Below are positions 37,749-48,415 of a stretch of 64,000 bases of DNA, piece by piece (within the stretch, counting starts at the first letter, position 1; each line of letters opens with the position of its first letter). The notes under the pieces were generated by a model, which had not been told where the DNA came from, did no database searches, and was given only the letters and a program-made list of their open reading frames with translations. The stretch is from contig JAZNCJ010000002.1 of assembly GCA_045587465.1 (NCBI GenBank), positions 4,945-68,944 of the forward strand. The letters are read 5' to 3'. The translations under genes were made by a program, and so were the position numbers. This stretch comes from Christensenellaceae bacterium. Its GTDB lineage: Bacteria > Bacillota > Clostridia > Christensenellales > Borkfalkiaceae.

Positions 37749-38391
37749 TTTGACTATTCCTTTTTTCTAAACTCTGTAATTTTTCTTCTAAAGTAAACAA
37801 CTTTTCACGTAAGTGACAAATTTCTTCGTGCAGAGGGTCTCTCTTTTCTTGCTCAAGGTCATTAATCTTTTCGCCGTTTACCCTAACGACTATTCCCGGC
37901 ACGCCAACGACGGTTGCGTATGGTGGAACTTCTTTTAGCACCACTGCGCCAGCACCGATTTTAGCATACTCGCCAACCGTAAAGCCACCTAAGACCTTAG
38001 CGCCTGCGCTTATCATTGCGCCCTTTTTAATAGTTGGATGGCGCTTGCCCTTTTCTTTTCCCGTTCCACCTAAAGTGACACCTTGATAAATTACAACCCC
38101 TTCTTCAATCTCAGCCGTTTCGCCAATTACCACGCCTGCGCCGTGGTCTATAAACACCCCACCTGCTATTTTTGCTGCAGGGTGAATTTCTATGCCGGTT
38201 AGCCATTTTGCAAACTGACTGGTCATACGAGCGAGAAGCCTTAGCCTTATTCTATATAAAAAATTTGCATATCTATGCCACGACAGCGCTTTAACGCCTG
38301 AATACGTAAGCCAAATTTCAAACTTACTGCGTGCTGCCGGGTCATTTTTCTTAGCCGCATTTATATCGGCTCTTAACCTTTTAAAAAACAT
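37735..38391 (-). CDS. cysE: serine O-acetyltransferase
   Basis: SATase N-terminal helices, hexapeptide repeats (GAGVVIGETAEI, GVTLGGTG) and a coiled-coil tail. It overlaps cysS by 14 nt. Confidence 0.92.
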   Translation of the reverse strand: MFFKRLRADINAAKKNDPAARSKFEIWLTYSGVKALSWHRYANFLYRIRLRLLARMTSQFAKWLTGIEIHPAAKIAGGVFIDHGAGVVIGETAEIEEGVVIYQGVTLGGTGKEKGKRHPTIKKGAMISAGAKVLGGFTVGEYAKIGAGAVVLKEVPPYATVVGVPGIVVRVNGEKINDLEQEKRDPLHEEICHLREKLFTLEEKLQSLEKRNSQNEDL

Positions 38392-38463
38392 ATATACCTA
38401 CTGATAAACAATCATATCATTGTTTGCTTTAATTTGCAAGCAAACAAATACCTAAATTAACCG

Positions 38464-39222
38464 TTAATAAACTTTAACTCCACTATTTTCAATGCTTTGC
38501 TTGAGTTCTTTTGAAAAGTTGCTATCCACCACCATACAGTTTATATCTTTAAGGCTTGCAAAGGTGTATGGCGTTTTTTTGTTGACCTTAGAGCTATCTA
38601 ATAGCAATATGACGTTATCTGCTTTATTAATAACCTTTCTCTTAACGTCGGCTTCGGCTTGATTGCCACAAGTAAAGCCACCGATATCTTTCAAAAACCC
38701 TGTCGCCGTCATAACAGCCGTTTGGATATTGACTTTGTCAATAAAATCTAAACAAGTTTGACCAACCGTGATAAAGTTGTTCTTTTTTAGGTCGCCACCG
38801 AGAAGTGATACGGTAGGTTTTTCCTTGACTAAGATAGTTTCGGCAATAACCATAGCGTTAGTTAAAACGTAAAAATTATCGTCAGGAAGCGCCCTTGCAA
38901 AGTAAGTCGTAGTAGAGCCACCGTCTATGAAAATACAGCTTTTTCTTTCAACGAGACGAACAGCCTTTTCAGCAATTTCAAGTTTTTCGGTTGTGTTAAA
39001 TTTTATGCGCTTTGCAAAATCTGCTTCTTTTGTTTTTATAACGCTATCGACCGAAATTGCACCACCTGGAATTTTAAGCACGGCGTTTGCTTCTTCAAGT
39101 CTTGACAGGTCTCTTCTGAGCGTCATACTAGACACGTTTGGAAAAGCACACTCTAGCTCTCTTAAACTCACTTTGCCGTTTTTATCAATAAATTCTTTTA
39201 GGTGAAAAAGTCTATCTTTCAT
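38464..39222 (-). CDS. DeoR-family transcriptional regulator
   Basis: HTH VSLRELECAFPNVSSMTLRRDLSRLEE plus a DeoR C-terminal sensor domain. The start is set at ATG 39222, behind GGAGGGAAG. Confidence 0.85.
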   Translation of the reverse strand: MKDRLFHLKEFIDKNGKVSLRELECAFPNVSSMTLRRDLSRLEEANAVLKIPGGAISVDSVIKTKEADFAKRIKFNTTEKLEIAEKAVRLVERKSCIFIDGGSTTTYFARALPDDNFYVLTNAMVIAETILVKEKPTVSLLGGDLKKNNFITVGQTCLDFIDKVNIQTAVMTATGFLKDIGGFTCGNQAEADVKRKVINKADNVILLLDSSKVNKKTPYTFASLKDINCMVVDSNFSKELKQSIENSGVKVY

Positions 39223-39365
39223 ACTTCCCTCCATTACCTTATTATATTTTACAACAAATGCAATGGTTTGGCAAGAAATAAAGATAAAAAATAACAAATT
39301 TTTTGTTAATTTTGCACATAGCAAAAGTATTTTTTAGTAAAATGTGTAAATGTTTAACAAAATCA

Positions 39366-39394
39366 TTGCTTTTGCTTGAAAATAAGGCTATAAT
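39366..39394 (+). promoter_or_regulatory. sigma-A type promoter of serS
   Basis: TTGCTT, 17 nt, TATAAT. This leaves a leader of only about 35 nt. Confidence 0.5.
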
Positions 39395-39432
39395 ATGATA
39401 TGTTAAGATAAAGTTATTTTGGAGTTAACGTT

Positions 39433-40713
39433 ATGTTAGATTTAAGAAGAATTCAAGAAAATAAAGAAAAAGTTGCCGAGCTTTTATCAAGAAAGGGTTT
39501 TGAAGCTGATTTCGACACGGTGCTTGACCTTGATAAACAGCGCAGAGCAATCATCGGCGAAGTTGAGGCGTATAAAGCGCAGAAGAACAAGGTTTCTGCT
39601 CAAATTCCTGCACTAAAAAAACAAGGACTTCCTGTAGATGAAATTTTTGCTGAAATGAGAACTCTTGGCGAAAAGATTGCTAGTTGCGATGCTAAGGCAA
39701 AGGCATTAGAAGAACAAGTTTTTGATATACTTTCTCGTATGCCAAATATTCCAGATGAAGATTTGCTCGCTGGCGAAAAAGAAAATAATGAGGTCATAAG
39801 AGTTGTTGGCGAAAAGCCAAACTTTGACTTTCCTATGCAAAACCACGTTGACCTTTGCACAAAGCTAGGAATTATCGACTATACTAGGGGCACAAAGCTC
39901 TCTGGTGGTGGATACTGGCTATATCGTGGCGATGGCGCAAGGCTTGAATGGGCGCTTCTCAACTTCTTTATCAGCGAACACTTAAACGACGGCTATGAAT
40001 TTATTTTGCCACCACACCAACTCGGTTATAACTGTGGTTTTGGAGCTGGTCAATTCCCTAAATTTGCTGACGAAGTTTATTGGCTTGACTGTGATGAAGA
40101 TAGAAAGAAAAATCGCTTTATGCTCCCTACTGCTGAAACGGCTCTTGTTAATATGTATGCAGGCGAAATCATTGACGAAGCTAAACTTCCTATGAAATTC
40201 TTTGCTTATACACCTTGCTATCGTAAAGAAGCAGGTTCATATCGTGCAGAAGAACGTGGTATGATTCGTGGCCACCAATTCAACAAGGTTGAAATGGTTC
40301 AATATGCTCACCCAGATCGTTCAATGAAAGCTTTTGATGAACTCGTTGACAAGGCTGCAAGCCTTATAGAAAAATTAGGTCTTCACTTTAGAGTTTCTAA
40401 GCTTGCTGCTGGGGACTGCTCTGCATCAATGGCAAGAACTTATGATATAGAAGTATGGATTCCAAGTATGGGCATATATAAGGAAGTTTCTTCTGTTTCT
40501 AACGCAAACGATTATCAGGCAAGAAGAAACAACACAAAATATCGTGACTCAAAGACTGGTAAGCCAGCGTTCTTACACACACTTAACGGCTCTGGTTTAG
40601 CAACAAGCAGAGTTTTCCCTGCTCTTATCGAACAATATCAAAATGCAGATGGCTCTATCACAATCCCAGAAGTTTTAAGGCCATTTATGGGTGGACAAAC
40701 TATTATTAAATAA
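39433..40713 (+). CDS. serS: serine--tRNA ligase
   Basis: N-terminal coiled coil and class II motifs (FRAEERGMIRGHQFNKVE, GSGLATSRV). Confidence 0.97.
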   Translation: MLDLRRIQENKEKVAELLSRKGFEADFDTVLDLDKQRRAIIGEVEAYKAQKNKVSAQIPALKKQGLPVDEIFAEMRTLGEKIASCDAKAKALEEQVFDILSRMPNIPDEDLLAGEKENNEVIRVVGEKPNFDFPMQNHVDLCTKLGIIDYTRGTKLSGGGYWLYRGDGARLEWALLNFFISEHLNDGYEFILPPHQLGYNCGFGAGQFPKFADEVYWLDCDEDRKKNRFMLPTAETALVNMYAGEIIDEAKLPMKFFAYTPCYRKEAGSYRAEERGMIRGHQFNKVEMVQYAHPDRSMKAFDELVDKAASLIEKLGLHFRVSKLAAGDCSASMARTYDIEVWIPSMGIYKEVSSVSNANDYQARRNNTKYRDSKTGKPAFLHTLNGSGLATSRVFPALIEQYQNADGSITIPEVLRPFMGGQTIIK

Positions 40714-40727
40714 ATATGTTAAAACTT

Positions 40728-40760
40728 AAAAAAGGTTGCAAAAGCGCAACCTTTTTTTGT
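40728..40760. terminator. bidirectional terminator between serS and sigG
   Basis: GGTTGC-n6-GCAACC, flanked by A-run and T-run. Confidence 0.7.
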
Positions 40761-40768
40761 TTGTAATT

Positions 40769-41542
40769 TTATACTCGTATAGAATTTTTAATAAAAGACA
40801 GTGCATTTTTTTCTAAGCGAGAAACTTGTGCTTGAGAAATTCCAACTTCTCTTGATATTTCAGTTTGGGTTTTTCCTTCGTAATATCTAAGATAAATAAT
40901 TTTCTTTTCTCTATCCCCTAAAACGTTCATAGCACTATCTATTGCAACCTTTTCCGTCCAATTATCGTCCGTGCACTTTTCGTCGCCAATTTGGTCAACT
41001 AAAAGAAGTTCGTCGCCGTTTTTGTTAAACACAGGGTCATAGAGTGAAACTGTGTCCGATATAGCGTCTAAGGCATACACCACTTCGCTTAAAGCCACGT
41101 TCATCTCACTTGCAATGTTTTCTAAACTTGCTTCCTTGTCATTTTTTTCTAGTTCACTTCTAGTTTTTAGCACTTGATAAGCTGTATCACGAATAGAGCG
41201 AGAAATTCGCATAGAGTTTCCATCACGAAGCAGTCTTTTTATCTCGCCTATAATCATTGGCACTGCATAAGTTGAAAACTTTACCCCCACCGACAAATCA
41301 AAATTGTCTATCGCTTTGATTAAGCCTATACAGCCTGCTTGAAAAACATCGTCACTACTTTTATTCTTTGTCCAAAATCTCTTTATAACCGACAAGACAA
41401 GACGCATATTAGCCACGATAAATTCTTCTCTTGCCCTTTCATCGCCTGCCTTTGCTTTTTTTAATAGTTCTAAGGTTTGTTTTTCGTTAAGCCTAGGCAG
41501 GTCTGACGTGTTTACGCCACATATAAAAACTTTACTATTCAT
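40769..41542 (-). CDS. sigG: sporulation sigma factor SigG-like (sigma-70 family, group 3)
   Basis: N-terminus ICGVNTSDLPRL, NMRLVLSVIKRF, FSTYAVPMIIGEIKR and region 4 ISQAQVSRLEK closely follow B. subtilis SigG. Confidence 0.75.
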   Translation of the reverse strand: MNSKVFICGVNTSDLPRLNEKQTLELLKKAKAGDERAREEFIVANMRLVLSVIKRFWTKNKSSDDVFQAGCIGLIKAIDNFDLSVGVKFSTYAVPMIIGEIKRLLRDGNSMRISRSIRDTAYQVLKTRSELEKNDKEASLENIASEMNVALSEVVYALDAISDTVSLYDPVFNKNGDELLLVDQIGDEKCTDDNWTEKVAIDSAMNVLGDREKKIIYLRYYEGKTQTEISREVGISQAQVSRLEKNALSFIKNSIRV

Positions 41543-41614
41543 AATCCCCCCTTATGTAATTTAGTTTTAGGGGTATACTCGTTAATTATGAGCAATTAAA
41601 AAGTTTTTATACCA

Positions 41615-41654
41615 AACAAAAAAAGACAAGCAATTTTTTGTTTTGCTTGTCTTT
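41615..41654 (-). terminator. intrinsic terminator after pdxK
   Basis: AAGACAAGCA-n10-TGCTTGTCTT followed by a U-run on the minus strand. Confidence 0.75.
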
Positions 41655-41679
41655 AAGTTTAGTTTTTTGCCTTTGTTTT

Positions 41680-42510
41680 TTATCTAACTTCTTTGATAAG
41701 TTCGCTAAGTACTGGTTCAAACTTTGCACCGTACCAGTGCTCAGCGTCGCCTTCGGTTGCTTTTATGCACTTAACAACGTAGTCGCCTGCAATCTTTGCA
41801 GATTCATATGCCGTTTTGCCATTGAGAAGTGCGCCAACAAATGCAGAAGAATAAATATCGCCTGTGCCGTGACAACTTTGTGGGCGTTTTTCGTGTTCAT
41901 AGTAAGCATAATTGCCATTTTCATAAACCATAATACCAGTTTTATCTTCTTTAAATGAAACGCCTGTTAATACAACGTTTTTAGCACCGAGTTTTAGAAG
42001 TGCTAAAATTAAATTATCAATATATTCTCTATCGTAAACTTCTTTGTATTCTATGCCCGTTAAAAAGCATGCTTCAGTAATATTTGGCAAAAGATAATCA
42101 GCTTTTTGAACAAGTTTTTTATTTTCGTTTACGTATTCCATATCGAAGCCATAATATAATTTGCCATTATCTGCCATTGCTGGGTCAACGATAAATAGTC
42201 CATTTTCTTTTAGCGTTGTTTTGCAAATATTAAGAACATAATCAACTTGTTTCTTACTGCCCAAATATCCGGTGTAAACAGCATCAAAAGTTATGCCTTC
42301 TTTAACCCAGTGGGCATTTACATTTGGCATATCATCTGCCAAATCTCTTACAGTAAAGCCTGTAAAACCTGCAGTGTGCGTTGATAAAACTGCAGATGGA
42401 AGTATTGCCGTTTCAACCCCACACGCAGAAAGAATTGGAAGTGCAACGGTCATTGAACATTGACCTACGCAAGACACGTCTTGAATTGTTAATATTCTTT
42501 TATATGACAT
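41680..42510 (-). CDS. pdxK: pyridoxal/pyridoxine/pyridoxamine kinase
   Basis: The N-terminus ILTIQDVSCVGQCSMTVALPILSACG and the GTGDIYSSAF ribokinase-fold motif are typical of the PdxK/PdxY family. Confidence 0.85.
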   Translation of the reverse strand: MSYKRILTIQDVSCVGQCSMTVALPILSACGVETAILPSAVLSTHTAGFTGFTVRDLADDMPNVNAHWVKEGITFDAVYTGYLGSKKQVDYVLNICKTTLKENGLFIVDPAMADNGKLYYGFDMEYVNENKKLVQKADYLLPNITEACFLTGIEYKEVYDREYIDNLILALLKLGAKNVVLTGVSFKEDKTGIMVYENGNYAYYEHEKRPQSCHGTGDIYSSAFVGALLNGKTAYESAKIAGDYVVKCIKATEGDAEHWYGAKFEPVLSELIKEVR

Positions 42511-42690
42511 ATTTTTACCTCAAATATGATTTTTTTCTTAATTATAGCACGATTTAATTTGCAAGTAAACTAATATATAATAAAAAATATTTTGTGATTA
42601 TATAATTTATTCTTATATTTTACCTTGTATAAATTTAGACATAAAAATTAGAAATATAAGAAATTTTAATATCTTTTACCTTAAAAATAA

Positions 42691-42719
42691 TTGATATTTT
42701 TTTAAATATCTAATATAAT
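42691..42719 (+). promoter_or_regulatory. sigma-A type promoter of the CofE-like gene
   Basis: TTGATA, 17 nt, TATAAT. An AAAGGAGA SD precedes the ATG at 42758. Confidence 0.55.
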
Positions 42720-42757
42720 AGTTAATGCTTTGATTAAAGGGCAAAGGAGAACGGAAA

Positions 42758-43942
42758 ATGGAAAGATTTTTTGGAACAGTTTCACGTGGGGTAAGAGCAC
42801 CTATTATTAAAAATGGCGATGATATCGTTGAAATTGTCACTCAGTCAGTTTTATCAGCTTCAAAGGGCGAAAACGTTAGTTTTCGTGACCACGACGTCGT
42901 TGCTATGACAGAAGCAATAGTTGCAAGAGCTCAAGGCAACTATGCTAACACCGACCAAATCGCTAAAGACGTTAGCGCTAAACTTGGTGGCCAAACTATT
43001 GGGGTTATTTTCCCTATCCTTTCAAGAAATCGTTTTTCAGTTTGCTTAAAAGGTATTGCTAAGGGCGCAAAAAAAGTTGTACTTATGCTTTCATATCCAT
43101 CAGACGAAGTGGGCAACCACCTTGTTTCTTTAGATGCCTTAGATGAAAAGGGCGTTAACCCTTATACCGACGTACTCACCGAAAATGAGTATCGTGAGCT
43201 TTTTGGTTATGAAAAACACACCTTTACAGGCGTTGATTACGTTGAATACTATAGAGAGCTTATCGTTAGCCAAGGTGCTGAGTGCGAAATTATCTTTGCT
43301 AATAACGCAAAGGCAATTTTATCTTTCGCTACAAACGTTTTATGCTGTGATATTCACACAAGAGCGAGAACAAAGCGTTTATTAAAAAGTGCTGGTGCAA
43401 ACGTTGTTGGGCTTGACGATATTCTATCTTCTTCTGTTGACGGCAGTGGCTATAACGAAAACTATGGTCTTCTCGGCTCAAACAAATCAACTGAAGACAG
43501 CGTTAAACTCTTCCCAAGAGATTGCCAACCTATTGTTGATGCTATCCAAAAGAAACTTTATGAGGCGACTGGCAAGCAAATTGAAGTTATGGTTTATGGC
43601 GACGGTGCGTTTAAGGACCCAGTTGGCAAAATTTGGGAACTTGCTGACCCTGTTGTTTCACCTGCCTACACAGTGGGACTCAATGGCACGCCAAACGAAC
43701 TAAAGCTTAAATATCTTGCTGATAACGACTTTAAGGATTTATCAGGAGATGCGTTAAAAGAGGCAATAAAGAATAAGATTGCTAAAAAAGACTCAAGTGT
43801 TGTTGGTCAAATGGGAACAACGCCAAGAAGACTTACCGACCTTATCGGTTCGCTTTGCGACTTAACTTCTGGCTCTGGTGACAAGGGCACGCCTATCATT
43901 TGGATTCAGGGCTACTTTGATAACTACACAACAGAATATTAA
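42758..43942 (+). CDS. F420-0:gamma-glutamyl ligase (CofE)-family protein of unknown role
   Basis: The N-terminal region APIIKNGDDIVEIV...HDVVAMTEAIVARAQGN resembles the CofE/FbiB ligase fold. It also has a ~150-aa C-terminal extension. Confidence 0.5.
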   Translation: MERFFGTVSRGVRAPIIKNGDDIVEIVTQSVLSASKGENVSFRDHDVVAMTEAIVARAQGNYANTDQIAKDVSAKLGGQTIGVIFPILSRNRFSVCLKGIAKGAKKVVLMLSYPSDEVGNHLVSLDALDEKGVNPYTDVLTENEYRELFGYEKHTFTGVDYVEYYRELIVSQGAECEIIFANNAKAILSFATNVLCCDIHTRARTKRLLKSAGANVVGLDDILSSSVDGSGYNENYGLLGSNKSTEDSVKLFPRDCQPIVDAIQKKLYEATGKQIEVMVYGDGAFKDPVGKIWELADPVVSPAYTVGLNGTPNELKLKYLADNDFKDLSGDALKEAIKNKIAKKDSSVVGQMGTTPRRLTDLIGSLCDLTSGSGDKGTPIIWIQGYFDNYTTEY

Positions 43943-43954
43943 TTATCAAATAAA

Positions 43955-43996
43955 AACTAAAGAGTTAGCGAATTTTCGCTAACTCTTTTTTGTTTT
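43955..43996. terminator. bidirectional terminator between the CofE-like gene and glnA
   Basis: AGAGTTAGCGAA-tt-TTCGCTAACTCT with flanking A-run and T-run. Confidence 0.8.
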
Positions 43997-44006
43997 ATTT
44001 TTAATC

Positions 44007-45431
44007 TTAGCAGTTGTAGTATTTTTCGAACTCTGCTGGATTTGGAATTTTAGAGAGTTCACTGCATTCTTTACGTTTTGTTTCGATGAACTTCTCGATT
44101 AAATGTTCTGGGAATACGCCACCAGCCGTTAAGTAATCGTGGTCTTTTTCAAGAGCATCAAGCGCTTGTTCTAATGACGTTGGAAGGCCTTGTAGTTTTG
44201 CCTTTTCTTCTTCTGGAAGATTAAAGAGGTTAAAGTCATATGGTCCCCAACCGTTTTCCTTAGGGTCAATCTTGTTCTTAATGCCGTCAAGACCAGCCAT
44301 CAAGATTGCAGCATAACAGAAGTATGGATTGCAAGTTGCGTCTGGGTTTCTTAGCTCAAATCTTCTTTCTTCAGGCCTCTTTGCATATGCAGGTATTCTA
44401 ATAACTGCACTTCTATTTGACGTTGCATAACCAACAGTCACAGGCGCTTCAAAGCCAGGAACTAAACGCTTAAATGAGTTTGTACTTGGGTTTGTGATTG
44501 CGCAAAGTGAACTTATATGCTTAAGTAATCCACCGATAAAGTAGTGTGCTTCTTTACTTAAATGTGCATAGCCGTTATCATCAGCAAATACTGGCTTACC
44601 GTCTTTAAATAAAAGCATATGAACGTGCATGCCGTTTCCAGCTTCGCCATAAACAGGCTTTGGCATAAGCGTTGCACTCTTGCCATATTTAAGCGCAGTG
44701 TTTTGGATAATATATTTAATCATCATCGTGCCGTCTGCCATTTTTGACATTTTGCCGAGTTTTGGCTCAATTTCATATTGACCAGCAGCGCCAACTTCTG
44801 GGTGATGATATTTTACAGGGATACCTGCCTTTTCAATGTGCATACACATTTCGCTACGGCACTCAAATGAATTGTCGAAAGGCTTAGCAATATGATAGTT
44901 CTTTTGTTTTGGAACAACAACGCCCTTGCCTTCAACCGAGCTATTCCAATAAGACTGAGTTGCATCAAGGCTAACGCCAATGTTATATGGCTTAACGTCC
45001 CAATTAACGTCATCGAATAGATAGAACTCGAATTCTGGAAGAATATACATTTCATCGGCAACGCCTAAGTCTTGCATATACTTTTCAGCAGCTAAAACTA
45101 TGTTTCTTGGATATTGAGCAAGAGGTCTATTTTCTGGGTAATCAATAATCATTGCATTACCACTCATAGAAAGTGTTGGTATTTCACAAAATGGGTCAAT
45201 CATCGCAGTGTCTGGGTCTGGAATAAACACCATATCGCTCTTTTCAACAACTGCATAGCCATAGTTAGATGCGTCAAAACCAATACCATCACGCATAATG
45301 TCTGACGTGAAGCTGTATGCTGGAATTGTCACGTGACGAAATTGACCGTTAATGTCAACCATCTTAAAATCTACCATTTGGACATTGTTTTCTTTTATCA
45401 TATCCAAAACTTTTTGAATTTTCTTATCCAT
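44007..45431 (-). CDS. glnA: glutamine synthetase, type I
   Basis: 474 aa. Contains the GS beta-grasp (FKMVDINGQFRHVTIP) and catalytic motifs (KPVYGEAGNGMHVHM, NSFKRLVPGFEAP). Confidence 0.95.
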   Translation of the reverse strand: MDKKIQKVLDMIKENNVQMVDFKMVDINGQFRHVTIPAYSFTSDIMRDGIGFDASNYGYAVVEKSDMVFIPDPDTAMIDPFCEIPTLSMSGNAMIIDYPENRPLAQYPRNIVLAAEKYMQDLGVADEMYILPEFEFYLFDDVNWDVKPYNIGVSLDATQSYWNSSVEGKGVVVPKQKNYHIAKPFDNSFECRSEMCMHIEKAGIPVKYHHPEVGAAGQYEIEPKLGKMSKMADGTMMIKYIIQNTALKYGKSATLMPKPVYGEAGNGMHVHMLLFKDGKPVFADDNGYAHLSKEAHYFIGGLLKHISSLCAITNPSTNSFKRLVPGFEAPVTVGYATSNRSAVIRIPAYAKRPEERRFELRNPDATCNPYFCYAAILMAGLDGIKNKIDPKENGWGPYDFNLFNLPEEEKAKLQGLPTSLEQALDALEKDHDYLTAGGVFPEHLIEKFIETKRKECSELSKIPNPAEFEKYYNC

Positions 45432-45469
45432 ATAATCTCCTTATAAGTAAAACTTAAAGACCTTAACTA

Positions 45470-46948
<1,479 letters not shown>

Positions 46949-47563
46949 CTAATTTAGTTTATTTAAATCTTGCTCGATATAACCGAGTTCTACACTGTCA
47001 GTGATTATATATTGCAAGCTTTTAATCGTATCTTTTAAGATTTGTTTTTCTGTTTGAGTAAGCTCTGAGCTTATGTTAACTAAAGCTCTAAATGGATTGA
47101 ACTTTGTATAGCCCATATCTACATCGCCATTATTTTTGAGCACGTAGGATTTAGAAAATTTAATCGCATTATTAAAGTCACCTGTAAGGAACAAAAGTTC
47201 AGCGTACCAGCTTGCATAGTATTCTTCAGTCTGCATATCGCCTGGTGCAAGCGATGCGTTCTTATTTTGGCAATAAGATTTGAAACTTTTATGTGAAATA
47301 AGTGCACCGACGTATTTTCTTACACTTGCTATATCCTGCTCCTCATAAGCATTGTCGACAAGCGTAAACAATTCGTTAATATCGCCCGTCTTGCTGTATT
47401 GCATTTGATAAAAATATTGCGAAGCATTATAGTTTCCTAAATCATCAAACATTTTTCCAATAACTTTTGGCTTAAACACACAAAAAGCACTCATTATAGC
47501 AATACAAAGCGCTAAAACAGCTACAACTGTTATAAAAATTGTTTTGATGACAAGTTTTTTCAT
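46949..47563 (-). CDS. membrane-anchored hypothetical protein
   Basis: N-terminal TM helix IKTIFITVVAVLALCIAIMSAF followed by a helical soluble domain. No recognisable motif. Confidence 0.6.
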   Translation of the reverse strand: MKKLVIKTIFITVVAVLALCIAIMSAFCVFKPKVIGKMFDDLGNYNASQYFYQMQYSKTGDINELFTLVDNAYEEQDIASVRKYVGALISHKSFKSYCQNKNASLAPGDMQTEEYYASWYAELLFLTGDFNNAIKFSKSYVLKNNGDVDMGYTKFNPFRALVNISSELTQTEKQILKDTIKSLQYIITDSVELGYIEQDLNKLN

Positions 47564-47705
47564 AATATTACCCTATCATAATTTATGTATTTTATCTATT
47601 TTAGCAAAGTTCGGTCAAAAAAGCAATACTTTATATATAAAAATTTTTAATTCTTTAGAATTAATTTAACTTATTCTTCATACAAATATCTTGAAAGGGG
47701 GCTTT

Positions 47706-48365
47706 ATGAAAGTTAAATTTACAATTTTTGTTTTATGCTTTTGTTTTATCTTTTTTGCTGGTTGCAAAAGTCAACCTACCTTAGACGGCTACGTAAGCGA
47801 ACTTAGGTCAAACTGTTATGAAAGCGTTGATAGCGACATAAATGTCAGCGCTGGCTATGGCTTTATGGAAAAGTTGCCTAATCTTGACGGCGCAATTAAC
47901 CAAAAAACATACGTGTTAATTTTTAGAATACAAGATACCCAAACCGAAAACATTACTTATAATATCTCTTTGAACTATCAAGGCAAAACGTATGACAGCA
48001 CTTTTAAGTTGCACCCCGTCGCACATACCTTAACTGCTATTATGGAAGTTGACAAATTTAACGTAAGCGAATTTGAAATAACGCTTTCTTTTTCTTCGAC
48101 TAATCAAACTATAAAGATGAAATCTACCCTTCCAAAAGGCACGATTTCACACTCTAAAGCACTTTCATATCTGCAAAAACATCAGCCTGAGCTTGTAAAG
48201 TCTTACTATCAAAACGGCTCGTTCAGTGGTGAAATTTGTCTAAGAGTTATCGTTAAGGATAATCACTCTTATTGGTACGTAGGTTTAACTAACCATGAAA
48301 GCACAAAAGCGCTTTTAATAGACGGTTTTTCTGGCGAAGTGCTTGCCGTTAGAGATATTTTTTAA
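47706..48365 (+). CDS. hypothetical lipoprotein (PepSY-like C-terminal end)
   Basis: Lipobox FFAGC. The start is set at ATG 47706, behind AAGGGGG. The C-terminus LIDGFSGEVLAVRDIF is PepSY-like. Confidence 0.65.
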   Translation: MKVKFTIFVLCFCFIFFAGCKSQPTLDGYVSELRSNCYESVDSDINVSAGYGFMEKLPNLDGAINQKTYVLIFRIQDTQTENITYNISLNYQGKTYDSTFKLHPVAHTLTAIMEVDKFNVSEFEITLSFSSTNQTIKMKSTLPKGTISHSKALSYLQKHQPELVKSYYQNGSFSGEICLRVIVKDNHSYWYVGLTNHESTKALLIDGFSGEVLAVRDIF

Positions 48366-48380
48366 CTTTTATTAAAATGC

Positions 48381-48409
48381 AAAAAGCGACCGAAATCGGT
48401 CGCTTTTTA
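48381..48409. terminator. bidirectional terminator
   Basis: AGCGACCG-aaat-CGGTCGCT, flanked by A-run and T-run. Confidence 0.8.
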
Positions 48410-48415
48410 TCTTGA

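Noticed and set aside
38392-38463. T-box or attenuator upstream of cysE
   Set aside because: The region is only 72 nt. It contains two overlapping AT-rich hairpins but no specifier loop or T-box sequence, and no U-run terminator.
41543-41612. SigF/SigG-dependent promoter upstream of sigG (GTATA, 17 nt, CATAAGG)
   Set aside because: The -10 match is poor, and the element would lie only about 12 nt from the start codon, overlapping the SD.
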